Below are positions 1-10,104 of a DNA stretch of 64,000 nt, in pieces. Origin of the DNA: a virus; IMG/VR virus record IMGVR_UViG_3300043427_004450, positions 7,984 to 71,983 of that record. One strand, 5' to 3'. Under the pieces are notes generated by a model. That model had not been told where the DNA came from and ran no database searches. It worked only from the letters and a program-made list of their open reading frames with translations. The translations under genes and the position numbers were made by a program. Position 1 is the first letter of the stretch. Every line of letters begins with the position of its first letter.

Positions 1-166
1 AAAAAATCATGAAATAAAAAATGATATACTCTTGCTAATAGATTGGTGGGAGCACGCTTGGGCTTTAGATTACCAATCAGATAAAGAATCTTATTTTAAC
101 AATATTTGGAAAATTATTGATTGGGATAAGATAAATAAAAAAATTAACTCATAATTTGGAGAAATT

Positions 167-1048
167 ATGACTAGAAAAAATAAAATACTTGGATTATTTA
201 AAATAAGTCAGCAAATAAATATTGGTAAACTTGAAGAAATTGCAAATGTTATTTTAAAATTTTTTGATCCAAATGAAATAACCTTTAATGAAGATAGGCT
301 AAGAAAACAAATTTATGATTATTACACACTTGAATTAAGTGAAAATATATCTTCTTTTTATGAAAAAAAGACAAGAGAATTAGCTGGAATGTCAAGAGAG
401 GATAGGGCATCTGATCCTCTTTTTACTTGGTGGTCTAGCCTTAAAGGTGCAATGATGGAAACTGCCACAAGAAGAGGGTGGACAGAAAATGATAACAGTC
501 CTACTTGGCTTCAGTATGAACTAGTTGGTAGGAGAAGCTCACCAAGCAGTCAGAGCTATAAAAAATATATGACCTTTAGCAAGCTGGATGATAATGGAAA
601 TTTATCTTCCAAATTTTATCAAAATTATGGAAAGTTACCAGCATTGTTGGCAGAGATAGCTAAAGAAAATCTTTCTGGAGAATTAACTTTTAAAATTCCA
701 TCGCACCCACTAGTAGCTCTAAGGCATAAAGATAGTGTTGTAATTCATTTTAAAGATATGAATGATTTGCAAAAAATAGAGGATGCAATTGGCAGAGTAG
801 GATTTGATCTTGTCAATAGAGAAGAGGTAGGAAGAACTGACATTGGAGTTGATTCTAATTCCAGCCTTACTGGAAAAAAATCAAGTGATTCTGAACTTGT
901 TGCAGAAAAGGCTGTAGAAAATATAAAATTAAACAAAAGTTTGCTAGAAAGATTATTGAAAAACCCCTCCACAAAAATGGAGGGGCTGTCAGCAGTAAAT
1001 GCAATCTTAAATAAAGTTATGATGGAATCTTCACATAGGGCTATTTAA
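167..1048 (+). CDS. Leader-bearing hypothetical protein, possible HopA1-like domain
   Basis: 293-aa ORF. N-terminus RKNKILGLFKIS matches RKNKIAYLFKIA of 36427. The K-Y-x-T-F...FKI...RHKDSVVIHF pattern recalls HopA1-family proteins (weak). Confidence 0.4.
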   Translation: MTRKNKILGLFKISQQINIGKLEEIANVILKFFDPNEITFNEDRLRKQIYDYYTLELSENISSFYEKKTRELAGMSREDRASDPLFTWWSSLKGAMMETATRRGWTENDNSPTWLQYELVGRRSSPSSQSYKKYMTFSKLDDNGNLSSKFYQNYGKLPALLAEIAKENLSGELTFKIPSHPLVALRHKDSVVIHFKDMNDLQKIEDAIGRVGFDLVNREEVGRTDIGVDSNSSLTGKKSSDSELVAEKAVENIKLNKSLLERLLKNPSTKMEGLSAVNAILNKVMMESSHRAI

Positions 1049-2175
1049 TCCCACTCTGGTCGAACATGAAGACCGACAGGAAATCTTGGGCGTCCCTCGT
1101 CCGTAAGGCCTTGATATCTTACGGTCAATGGCTTGCCAATATAAGATTCTAGATTGGTCCACATTTCACTTCGTTCCTCAACAGAGCCGCGAGGCCTAAC
1201 GTCAAACTCCAATCCAGATTCCATCTTGCACTTAAAAATTACAAGACCTGTTTCTCTGCCCTGTCCTTCTTTGCCTCCAATAATCTCAAACTCCGCATCA
1301 TCAAAAGACTTGACTTTTAATAGTGATGTGCTACGGTACTTAAAGGAATATTCTCCATCAAGATTTCTTACCATCGCTCCTTCATAACCTGCTTCAATTG
1401 ATTCGGCTTGAGCTGATAGAACCTCATCTGCAGAAGAAACAAGCTTAGTTGGACAAAGAACAATTCTTTCTGTACCTTCCACAAAAGTTGGTGGAGAGGT
1501 TAGCTCTCTTTCTGCTCCATTCCAACGATCCAAGAATCTCTCCTTGAATGTTTTTGAAGTGGCTGGAGCATCGTAAACATAATAATGAAGTGATGGAGTA
1601 TCTACGCCACGCTTCTTTATTGCAGAGCCAATTCTCTGAAATGTCCAGCCATGATGATAAAGTTCACCATCAAGAGATTCTCCTTCCTTTAGTATCTTGG
1701 AAAGCTCTTCTTTAATCTCAAGAGGAACGTCAAGAGCCTTTCCCTTTCTTGTCCAAAGATAAACTACTCCATCTTCCTTCTTGGATAGACAGCGGAATCC
1801 ATCAAACTTTGGCTGAATGGCAGCAGGGTACTTAATCTTTCCGCTGTGATCAGACCACTTATGGGCCAGCATTGGAAGAAAGAATCCAGAGGACTCATCT
1901 TTAATGTCCTCTACCTTCTCTGCATAGCCTTCGTCCTTCTTTTTGTTGAAGTCAGAGCGAGCCTCAGATAGAGCCTGCTCATAAGGAGTGGTCTCATTTA
2001 TTTTTCCAATGTTCTTGCCAGACTGAATCACTCTATCATCGGTTTGCTTTTTTCCATCGTCATAACCGTGCTGAATACGAAGAGTTGCGGTTCCATCTGA
2101 ATTTTGAATAACTTCGGCTGACCACATCTTGATTTTGCCAAGAGTGGACTTTCCGTATAGGATCGGCAGTTGCAT
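1045..2175 (-). CDS. lig: ATP-dependent DNA ligase
   Basis: Motifs QPKFDGFR (I), LDGELY (III), YEGAMVR (IV), LLKVK (V) and PRFPV (VI). Confidence 0.95.
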   Translation of the reverse strand: MQLPILYGKSTLGKIKMWSAEVIQNSDGTATLRIQHGYDDGKKQTDDRVIQSGKNIGKINETTPYEQALSEARSDFNKKKDEGYAEKVEDIKDESSGFFLPMLAHKWSDHSGKIKYPAAIQPKFDGFRCLSKKEDGVVYLWTRKGKALDVPLEIKEELSKILKEGESLDGELYHHGWTFQRIGSAIKKRGVDTPSLHYYVYDAPATSKTFKERFLDRWNGAERELTSPPTFVEGTERIVLCPTKLVSSADEVLSAQAESIEAGYEGAMVRNLDGEYSFKYRSTSLLKVKSFDDAEFEIIGGKEGQGRETGLVIFKCKMESGLEFDVRPRGSVEERSEMWTNLESYIGKPLTVRYQGLTDEGRPRFPVGLHVRPEWD

Positions 2176-2190
2176 TTTATCTCCTAAATA

Positions 2191-3243
2191 TTAAATGTTT
2201 GGATCGAGCTTTGTGGTTGTGTAGCCTATCTTAACAGATGTTAAGTAAATATTGCATCTTGAACCACCTTGTTCTAATTTGAATCTAACCTTTATAGAAT
2301 AAGCAAAATTACTTTTATCAAGAGTCATTGTCTCATAAGCTGACGTAGTTGCGTTAAATAGATCATCAGAAAATAATGTTATGTGACCAGTAGAACTTGA
2401 TATTGATTGAGCATATATTTCTACATCATTTCCATTGCTAAATTCATAACTTCTTATGTAACATGATGTTGTTAAGAAATTTGTGTCACCATCTCTATCT
2501 AATGAAAAGCCAAGGTGGGTTATTACGGAACCATCTGGGATAGAGTCTGGGAGTGAAGCAAAAACATGGCCATATAAATATCCTGAACCTATAGTATCCA
2601 TTGACCAAATAATATTTCCATTTACAGTATGTTGAAATTCATCACCAACACCAAGTTGTGCATTATTGCTGCTATCGCCAGAACCAGAATATGACTCTAA
2701 AATTAAAAATGATGAGCCTGGCATTATGGTCGTATTTGCTCTTGGAGTTGAGTTTGTTATTGCTACGGTATCTCCTGTTATAACAATAGTATCTGCCGAT
2801 ACTTGCCATAATCCAGCAGTTTCCGTAATAGAGTTGCCAGATTGAGATAAAACTATTTTTGGACTGTGCCCTTCATTTGCAGATATTGAAAGTGTTCCAG
2901 AAGAAGTGTCAACTCCTGCCCAAATGTCAAATTCTGCACCATAGAGCTTTGATGTATCCGACATCTTTATGTCAGACCCAGAACCCATTATTATATTTAC
3001 ATCAGAGTCTACAATTAAATCCTGATAAAAATTAATACCTGACGCGTCAGTGTATGAAAATTTAACCCCATTAGAAATAAATTCTGCATAAGAATTTGAT
3101 ACAAAATAAGAATTTTCTGTTGTAATATACAAATCAGAGTTTGCGGAATGCTTTATTGTATTTGCTTGTAATTCAAATTCTTTTGTTCCTGCTATACCAC
3201 CAACTACAATCTTGTGATTATCAGAATATCTATCAGTTGCCAT
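2191..3243 (-). CDS. Probable virion structural / fibre-like beta-rich protein
   Basis: 350 aa rich in S/T/G/D/N with beta-strand periodicity; no enzyme motif seen. Confidence 0.4.
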   Translation of the reverse strand: MATDRYSDNHKIVVGGIAGTKEFELQANTIKHSANSDLYITTENSYFVSNSYAEFISNGVKFSYTDASGINFYQDLIVDSDVNIIMGSGSDIKMSDTSKLYGAEFDIWAGVDTSSGTLSISANEGHSPKIVLSQSGNSITETAGLWQVSADTIVITGDTVAITNSTPRANTTIMPGSSFLILESYSGSGDSSNNAQLGVGDEFQHTVNGNIIWSMDTIGSGYLYGHVFASLPDSIPDGSVITHLGFSLDRDGDTNFLTTSCYIRSYEFSNGNDVEIYAQSISSSTGHITLFSDDLFNATTSAYETMTLDKSNFAYSIKVRFKLEQGGSRCNIYLTSVKIGYTTTKLDPNI

Positions 3244-3257
3244 ATTTTTATCCTAAT

Positions 3258-5435
3258 TTATAATAATTTAATTAAATCTGAAGTATTTATACCAAAAGAT
3301 TTTAGCATAGAAAACAACTTTGATAGCTTGATAATCTTATCATCAAATGAGGTGGCAGATAAATATTTTGGTGGAGGTGGAGGAGGGGGCGGTGGTAATG
3401 GAGGTGGAGGAGGAGGTGGTAATGGAGGTGGAGGAGGAGGTGGTAATGGAGGTGGAGGAGGAGGTGGTAATGGAGGGAGTGATGTAGGTGGAGGTGGTGG
3501 TGGGGGCGGAATATTTGATGAAATAGGTGACGAAGTAGGAGGTGGAGGAGGAGGTCTTGATGAAATAGGTGGCGACGGTACTTTTATACAGAAATTATAA
3601 ATTTGAGTTCTTAATTCATCAAAAAGCTGATCTATATTTTTATTTGATGAATTATTTTTTGCTTTAGATATGTAATTTACAGCATAAGAACAGAATTCAC
3701 CAGAGCTATCCCCATCTAATTTTGAAGATATAAGATCTTTTATTTTTTGAACAGAATTGTCAGAAATATCTACTTTAATAAACTTCAAAAAATCTAGGTC
3801 CCACATGCCAGATATTCTTGGTATACTTGAGATTGCAGTATCAACAAGATCTGGATAAAGGCTTATTGGAGATCCAATTTCAGAAAAAGACTTTCTATTT
3901 GATGAAACATCAGATGATGCATTGGGCATTGTAATTTTGTTTTCCAAAAACAAAACTGGAAGTTTGGTTGCCAAATTTTCTGCATATTTTCTATATAGGT
4001 CTTTAATAAAATCTGGTGGAAATATATCAAGTAAATTGGCTAATAAACCAGCATTTCCTGCAAGAGAATTTACATTATCTTTATGCTGTATGGCTTCAAT
4101 TATTTTATTTTTTAATTCATCAGGATTATTGCTTAATACCATTTTATCAAGATCTATTAAGCGTTCAAATGAAAAGTATTTTGTATTAAATAAATTTTTA
4201 TTATCCTCTCTCCATTCTAAATATGTGTCAGTAAGCTTTTTATCAGTGTCTCTTTGCAATATAAAAGATGCATCATTTATATTTGCATTTGCTAGTTTTG
4301 CAAATATTGGTTTTAATTTTTCAATATTACCATCCGGCATACATCTTTCATCTATAAGGTAATTAACATAATCTCTGTGAACGCTAGAAATACCACCAAA
4401 ATTTATTTTATCAGAAATAAAATTTAATGCGTATTCTTTTTCAATTTGAAAAACCTTACTCTTTGCAAGATCAATTGGCATTCCATTTTCTACTGCTATT
4501 TCTATGCTTTTTCTTGCCCTGTCTCTTACAGATTTCTCTCCTGCCTCTTGAGAGTATCCTCCAGATTCAGAAATATATTCCCTATAAGGGGATGGTGACC
4601 ATTCGGTATTTTCTTTTGAGCTAATTTTTGATGAATCACTTATTTCTTTAGACTCACTATCAACCGTAGTGTAGCTTAAAACCTTTGAGTTATCATAGTC
4701 ATAAATTACCGCAACGCTTCCATCTTGCGATCCATTAAAAAGAAGACCTCTTACAGTTGGATATAGATCATTCCACATGCTAACCGCTAATTGCGCAGTA
4801 TTTTCTGGTTCATATTCTGGAATTGAGTCTTCAAATTTTTCTTTAAAATTATTTAATCCTAGTAAATTTGCTTCAGAAATAAGCAAATCTTTATAGGAAG
4901 GAAGAATAAAATACTTCTTTGAGGGGTCATATTTTCTAAGAATAATCTCTTCTTTTGTTTTTTTAATTCCTTCACTATATTCATTTGTTTTAGAACCAGG
5001 AACAGTCTTTCCATCTTCAAAAAAAACTTTTCTAGAAGAAAGTAAATATTTTGGACTACCTATTAGGGCTCCATTTTCATCGTCAATTCCCACATATTCT
5101 TCAAATTCTTCTTTTGATATTTCTATCATTTGAATATTTTTTACTAGAGAGGGATAAAGAACTTTTATTGTTTCTAAATTAAATGAAAAAAATCCAGTAG
5201 TATCAATTGCAAGTTTATAAATATACTTGCCATAATCACCATAAAATGTCTTATATTTTTCTTTATCATAAACTGCATATATTCCAGGGCCGTAAACATT
5301 GCTGGTTGCGAGACCTGTAACAAACTGTTTTGAGCTAAGTAATTTTTGAAATTCTTCTGGCTCTGTTTTTGTTCCAGTATATACTGTTGCTAATCTTCCG
5401 TATATTTCAGCAAATTTTGATATTGATCTATTCAT
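3258..5435 (-). CDS. Large protein with ADP-ribosyltransferase-like N-terminus and polyproline tract
   Basis: VYTGT...YGPGIYAV...YGKYIYKL resembles ART/PARP-fold motifs; (LPPPPPPP)n near the C-terminus. Confidence 0.5.
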   Translation of the reverse strand: MNRSISKFAEIYGRLATVYTGTKTEPEEFQKLLSSKQFVTGLATSNVYGPGIYAVYDKEKYKTFYGDYGKYIYKLAIDTTGFFSFNLETIKVLYPSLVKNIQMIEISKEEFEEYVGIDDENGALIGSPKYLLSSRKVFFEDGKTVPGSKTNEYSEGIKKTKEEIILRKYDPSKKYFILPSYKDLLISEANLLGLNNFKEKFEDSIPEYEPENTAQLAVSMWNDLYPTVRGLLFNGSQDGSVAVIYDYDNSKVLSYTTVDSESKEISDSSKISSKENTEWSPSPYREYISESGGYSQEAGEKSVRDRARKSIEIAVENGMPIDLAKSKVFQIEKEYALNFISDKINFGGISSVHRDYVNYLIDERCMPDGNIEKLKPIFAKLANANINDASFILQRDTDKKLTDTYLEWREDNKNLFNTKYFSFERLIDLDKMVLSNNPDELKNKIIEAIQHKDNVNSLAGNAGLLANLLDIFPPDFIKDLYRKYAENLATKLPVLFLENKITMPNASSDVSSNRKSFSEIGSPISLYPDLVDTAISSIPRISGMWDLDFLKFIKVDISDNSVQKIKDLISSKLDGDSSGEFCSYAVNYISKAKNNSSNKNIDQLFDELRTQIYNFCIKVPSPPISSRPPPPPPTSSPISSNIPPPPPPPPTSLPPLPPPPPPPLPPPPPPPLPPPPPPPLPPPPPPPPPKYLSATSFDDKIIKLSKLFSMLKSFGINTSDLIKLL
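3391..3474. repeat. 24-bp tandem repeat (ggtggtaatggaggtggaggagga x3.5) encoding poly-Pro
   Basis: Exact copies start at 3391, 3415 and 3439; a partial copy starts at 3463. Confidence 0.95.
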
Positions 5436-5450
5436 AATATTTTCTGTAAC

Positions 5451-5474
5451 TATTAGTATTTTTTAACTACTAAT
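5451..5474. promoter_or_regulatory. Back-to-back putative late-promoter motifs (TACTAAT on each strand)
   Basis: TACTAATA on - upstream of 5435 and CTACTAAT on + upstream of 5490. The motif recurs before most leader-bearing genes. Confidence 0.55.
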
Positions 5475-5489
5475 TTTATTTTAAATTAC

Positions 5490-6194
5490 ATGACTACAAT
5501 AAATAAAGATCAAAAAAAAGTAATTGATTCTGTACTATCAATATTTGAAACAGGAAGAGTTCCTACGCCAGCATCGTATTCGACCTGTGCCATACTTACA
5601 GACGGTGCAGGAATATCCTATGGAAAACACCAAGCAACAGACCGTGCTGGCTCATTAGACAAAATAGTTGACCTTTATATTCAGCAGGGCGGAAAGCATA
5701 GTGCGGAGCTAAAGCAGTTTCTTCCAAAGCTTGCAGCAAATGAGACAGCAAAAGTAGATCCAAGAAATCCACCATCATGGGCAAAATATCTTATGGGAGT
5801 TCTAAGAGAAGCTGGAAAAGATCCTGTAATGCAGGAAGCACAGGATGCAATCTTTGACTCTGGATATTGGATACCAGCAGTTGGCTTAGCATCAAATATA
5901 GGCCTAAAGACTGCATTGGGATACCTTGTAGTATATGATTCCTGTATTCACTCTGGACCAGGTGGAGTTGCAGTAATAAGAGCACGCTTTCCAGAAGCCT
6001 CACCAACAAACGGTGGCGATGAAAAGACCTGGGTAAAGGCCTATATTTCAGCCAGAAGAATTTGGTTGGCAGGAAATATGAATCCATTAGTGCAAAAAAC
6101 AGTATACAGAATGGATGCACTAATGGAAATTGTTAAATCTGACAATTGGGATCTTAAGACGCCATTAGTTGTCAGGGGTGTCAAGATCGCTTAA
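5490..6194 (+). CDS. GH46 chitosanase/lysozyme-fold hydrolase, candidate endolysin
   Basis: IFETG, DGAGISYG and VVYDSCIHSG match chitosanase-family motifs. Confidence 0.75.
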   Translation: MTTINKDQKKVIDSVLSIFETGRVPTPASYSTCAILTDGAGISYGKHQATDRAGSLDKIVDLYIQQGGKHSAELKQFLPKLAANETAKVDPRNPPSWAKYLMGVLREAGKDPVMQEAQDAIFDSGYWIPAVGLASNIGLKTALGYLVVYDSCIHSGPGGVAVIRARFPEASPTNGGDEKTWVKAYISARRIWLAGNMNPLVQKTVYRMDALMEIVKSDNWDLKTPLVVRGVKIA

Positions 6195-6380
6195 TTTTTT
6201 TCTAAGTATCTCTTCAAATAGATCATCTTCTAGATAATAGGGATCACTAGAAAAATTAGTTCCTACTGCTAAATTTGAAACTATTTGGCATAATCTCATA
6301 TCGGGATTCTGCTCCCAATAAGATTCAAGCATAGATATTAGCCTAGGAATTCTGGATGGGTCTCTCATTTTTACCGCCAT
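6165..6380 (-). CDS. Small conserved phage protein (RDPxRI...W..NPDMRLxQ type)
   Basis: Motif MRDPSRIPRLISMLESYWEQNPDMRLCQIV. Confidence 0.6.
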   Translation of the reverse strand: MAVKMRDPSRIPRLISMLESYWEQNPDMRLCQIVSNLAVGTNFSSDPYYLEDDLFEEILRKKLSDLDTPDN

Positions 6381-6475
6381 TCTCTTTTTTTGGTCTCAAT
6401 ATAATTTCTAATGCATAAAAAGCCGCAATTAAAAACGCCAGACTAACACTAAGTGCTTTGTCCTTTGCGGATCTT

Positions 6476-6706
6476 TTAGCCATTTTGATTTGGCGCAGGA
6501 TAACGATAAATAATTCTTCCCTTCGATAGATCGTATGGAGAAACCTCTACCTTAACACGATCACCAAGGACGATACGAATATTGTTCATCTTCTGACGGC
6601 CAGCAAGGTATCCAAGAACCTTGCCATTTGGAGTCTGAATTACAAAGCGTTCGCGCTGAACATCAACAACTTCACCATCAATTTCAATGAGATCTGATTT
6701 TGCCAT
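6476..6706 (-). CDS. infA: Translation initiation factor IF-1
   Basis: [13 protein letters not shown]...[26 protein letters not shown]. Confidence 0.95.
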   Translation of the reverse strand: MAKSDLIEIDGEVVDVQRERFVIQTPNGKVLGYLAGRQKMNNIRIVLGDRVKVEVSPYDLSKGRIIYRYPAPNQNG

Positions 6707-6790
6707 TTTTCCTCTTACTAATATTATTTTATTATATACAGTTGCAGTTAAAATAAGTTAATTAAAAACTAAATAAAACACGGACTTATT

Positions 6791-7132
6791 TTGAAGCCAA
6801 CACCATTTACAATAGGTGGTAAAAAATATTACCTTCATGATGTGATAAGCATAACAAATAGTTATACTGATGTTAACTTTTTTGAATTTCAAATTTTAAA
6901 ACCAGGAGAATATGAACCAGATAAGATTTTGGTTTGGGTATCTGGCAAAACAAAACACGAAAGAAAGTGGTCTTGGTTTATATATTTGAAAAGAGAAGGC
7001 CCAATAAGGGGAATATCGTATCATTACTCTGACATAATATCTCCAGAGAAAGATACAGGGCTATTTTTGAGGTACGTCAGAAGAAAAACTCCAGATGCCA
7101 TTCCACATATCCTTTTTAATTATCTGATTTAG
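6791..7132 (+). CDS. Hypothetical protein, C-terminal PDxxxxILFN family
   Basis: Ends PDAIPHILFNYLI. Confidence 0.55.
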   Translation: MKPTPFTIGGKKYYLHDVISITNSYTDVNFFEFQILKPGEYEPDKILVWVSGKTKHERKWSWFIYLKREGPIRGISYHYSDIISPEKDTGLFLRYVRRKTPDAIPHILFNYLI

Positions 7133-7148
7133 CCGTTCAATCGGTGAC

Positions 7149-7187
7149 GCTGCTCGGCTTCCCTATGATAAAGAGGGAGAAGCAGCA
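7149..7187. terminator. Hairpin between convergent genes
   Basis: Imperfect inverted repeat gctgct..cttccct / agggagaagcagc. Confidence 0.45.
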
Positions 7188-8242
7188 GAAATCCCTCACC
7201 GGCTCCTAAAATTATACTTCAAGGATATTCAGTTGGTGGATTAAACTTTCCATCCCTCATAGATTTTTGAATCCATGGAGTAATTGGAGCAAAAAATGCA
7301 AGTAAATCACTGATTGCTGCAAAATATTCTGCGCCATTCTTATGGTATGGAGCAAGAAATTCTCCTTCGCAGCAGCTTAAAACTCTCATCTTTTGAATTG
7401 GAATCATAAGATGCTCTCCGTCCATTTTGTATGCAAAATGGGAATGAGAGTAGGAAACAGGGTTTGGAAGGCTACCACAATGAGGACAACAATACTTTGA
7501 TTTTATATTCTGCATTTTATTTCTGGCTCAAAATTTAGAAGAAGATCAAAATTCTTTCCGTAAACAAGATAAAATGATCTATCTTCATGTTGAATTAATA
7601 GCTGTTTATAGGTTAGGAGATTGGTTTTTTCTGGCGTGATAGACAAAAGAGTTGGCAGAGCCTCAGCAATCTTAAAGATATCCTGCCTTGCTTGGTTAAT
7701 ATCTCTTGCCGCATCAATTACGGATTCTATTAGTTCAGACTCTATAACAGACTCAATATCATGAACTACTGTAAGCCAACCCCTCCTAACATTATTACTC
7801 TTAATTGGAATTGTTGAGCTAATTGTAAAGCTTTTTCCTCCAAACTTATTCCAAATCTTTGTCGGGAGACTGCTTATTGTTGGCTCATGCTGAAAGAGAT
7901 TATAGTCATATGGCTCAATTGAAAAAATTTCCTTTCTCTTTTTTGAATAGTGATAGATTTTTTTATCTACGACTTCTTTTAGAGCAGTATCAACAAGAGA
8001 GAGATATTCATCTTCTTTTTTGTCTAAATCAATAAGTATAGAATAAACCTTATCGAAAATATAACTTTTGCTAAAGCCAATCGAAGAAAGGCCTGACTTC
8101 TTAACCTTTTCCTGCACCATTTCAAAGGTTGCAGGATCAGAAAGTGGTGATTCTATATCTGGAAGAAGAGATATTGGTATTGATTTTAGCTTTAGAAGTA
8201 TATTAAAATAATTTTGCGGGATAAGTAAGGATTCTAGATTGC

Positions 8243-8602
8243 TCATTCTGAAACTTCCTGCCTAATCTCATCAAAGACGGGCCAAGCATTGAGAAGATCA
8301 TCACGGATTCTCTTTGCTACAATCTTATTCTTTCCACCAATATTCCACTCAATAATTTTTTCTACCGGAGTTCCATTCTTTCCAAGGTAATTTTTTCCAT
8401 TCTTCCAATTGTATAGCGTTCCAACTTGACCATCATCCCATTCAATAATCCACTCGGCATCGACCTTATATCCATCGCTAGTTGTAGGCGGACCATATTT
8501 TGCTACGATAGCTTGATAGCTGACAGTCACATAGTCTTGAAGGCAGGTTCCTACAGCATCAGTTTTGTTGATCGACTTAATCTTTGGCATTTCAAGCTCC
8601 AA
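8243..8602 (-). CDS. Conserved phage hypothetical protein
   Basis: GTCLQ...YGPP...DGYKVDAEW...TLYNWK...EWNIGG pattern typical of phage hypotheticals. Confidence 0.55.
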   Translation of the reverse strand: MELEMPKIKSINKTDAVGTCLQDYVTVSYQAIVAKYGPPTTSDGYKVDAEWIIEWDDGQVGTLYNWKNGKNYLGKNGTPVEKIIEWNIGGKNKIVAKRIRDDLLNAWPVFDEIRQEVSE

Positions 8603-9050
8603 TGTTAAAAAGAATGTGCTTTACAAAAAATTCTCGTAGCTCTGGTCTAGCCTCTGCAAGAAACTGATCTGGACCAGATTGCTTTTTGGCAAATTCATCA
8701 TTAGGAATACGGTGTGGATGAACCAAAGTTGTACCATATTGAGGGTCGAGAGAGACACCCTTTATAAAATAAAGAGCACCAATACCAGTCCTATCTCTCC
8801 AATCGGTATAGCTCCTATCGGAAAGAATAAGGTTGACAGATTCAGAGAGTCGATTTTCTCCAGAAGAAACCCAAAAAGCCTCCATACCACAATCAAGAAT
8901 CTGATGAATTTTTGGTCCATCATATTTCTTTAATAGAGTATGGGTAAAGCTTAAAGCTTGACGCCAATGGCCGCTACGCTTTCCCCAACTATTTCCAAGC
9001 TCCATAAGAATTTCATTGTAGTTAGAAAGGACTAGGTGTGGCCTTGCCAT
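8592..9050 (-). CDS. Hypothetical protein, C-terminal ILFN family
   Basis: Ends PELREFFVKHILFNIGA. Confidence 0.55.
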   Translation of the reverse strand: MARPHLVLSNYNEILMELGNSWGKRSGHWRQALSFTHTLLKKYDGPKIHQILDCGMEAFWVSSGENRLSESVNLILSDRSYTDWRDRTGIGALYFIKGVSLDPQYGTTLVHPHRIPNDEFAKKQSGPDQFLAEARPELREFFVKHILFNIGA

Positions 9051-9906
9051 TTAGACTCCAAAAAGCTCTTGCCTTAGTTGCAGCAGACGGTCAGAATCAT
9101 AGTTAAATTTTTCTTCTGGAGTAATAAGACTCTCTCTATCTGGATCAGAATTTCTCAAAAATCGATCACGTTCTGAGATATTTTTTCTTACCTCCATAAG
9201 CTTTTTATTTAGTTCCTCGGCTTGACGGCATAGCTCATCTGAAGTATGAATAAGCTCTTGGTATTTAATATCAGAAACATAAAGAATGGGAACTCTATTC
9301 TTTTCGTATTGTGACTCTAGCTCAGTAACTCTTCTTTCAAAGTGAGCCTTTTTGTCTGCAAGATCAAGAGACTCATTATATTTTTCGAGAAGTGCTGGAA
9401 ATTTCTCTAGATAAAGTCTAATCTCGTAAGAAAAGTTTTCTCCTCCGCCTCCACTTCCAACGTCAAAACCGGTAAGGACTCTAAGAAGATCACTAAAAAA
9501 AGGATTTTTTGATTTTATCAATTCAGAAAGATAATGTTGGCATCCCTTTGGAATGTCGATTCCATCAAAATCTGATGGTCCTCCTCTAGTAAGTCTACCA
9601 GATGCATCAAATGAAATCATCAACTTATTGTAATAGTCTTTTCTTGGTAGTGAGACACTAATCTTAGTAAAAGTAAGGTCTAATCCAAGCATTTTTGCTA
9701 CGGCAATAAGGTGAGATTGAACCTCTGACTTCTTGAAGGAAGTCATATTTTCAACCATATAGTTTGACACCTTAGAAGAAAGGGCATGAAATTTGGCCTC
9801 CTTCTGCTCCTTAAGCTCTTGGGTACGATGCTTTTTAAGACACTTTAGGATATCTTCTTGTGACTTAGAGATACCGCCACATTTGTGGCACTCAAAGACT
9901 TCGACC

Positions 9907-10104
9907 TTAGTTATTTCCATTGGATGCACCATGAGTAGACGTTAGAGATTCAGCGCAAGCAACCTGTGGACCGCCTCTAACTCTCCAGCATTGAATATCT
10001 GGTCTAGGAGGCTTAATCTCAACCCAACCATTCTTTTCGGCATAAGATTGAGGTTCTATATCTTTTGAGGTACAAGCCAACATCAAAATAAAAATGACAA
10101 TCAC
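9907..10104 (-). CDS. Small putative lipoprotein
   Basis: Short signal/lipobox MIVIFILMLAC. Confidence 0.5.
   Translation of the reverse strand: MIVIFILMLACTSKDIEPQSYAEKNGWVEIKPPRPDIQCWRVRGGPQVACAESLTSTHGASNGNN

Noticed and set aside
3214-3600. Gly-rich plus-strand ORF
   Set aside because: Antisense shadow of the poly-Pro tract in 3258..5435.
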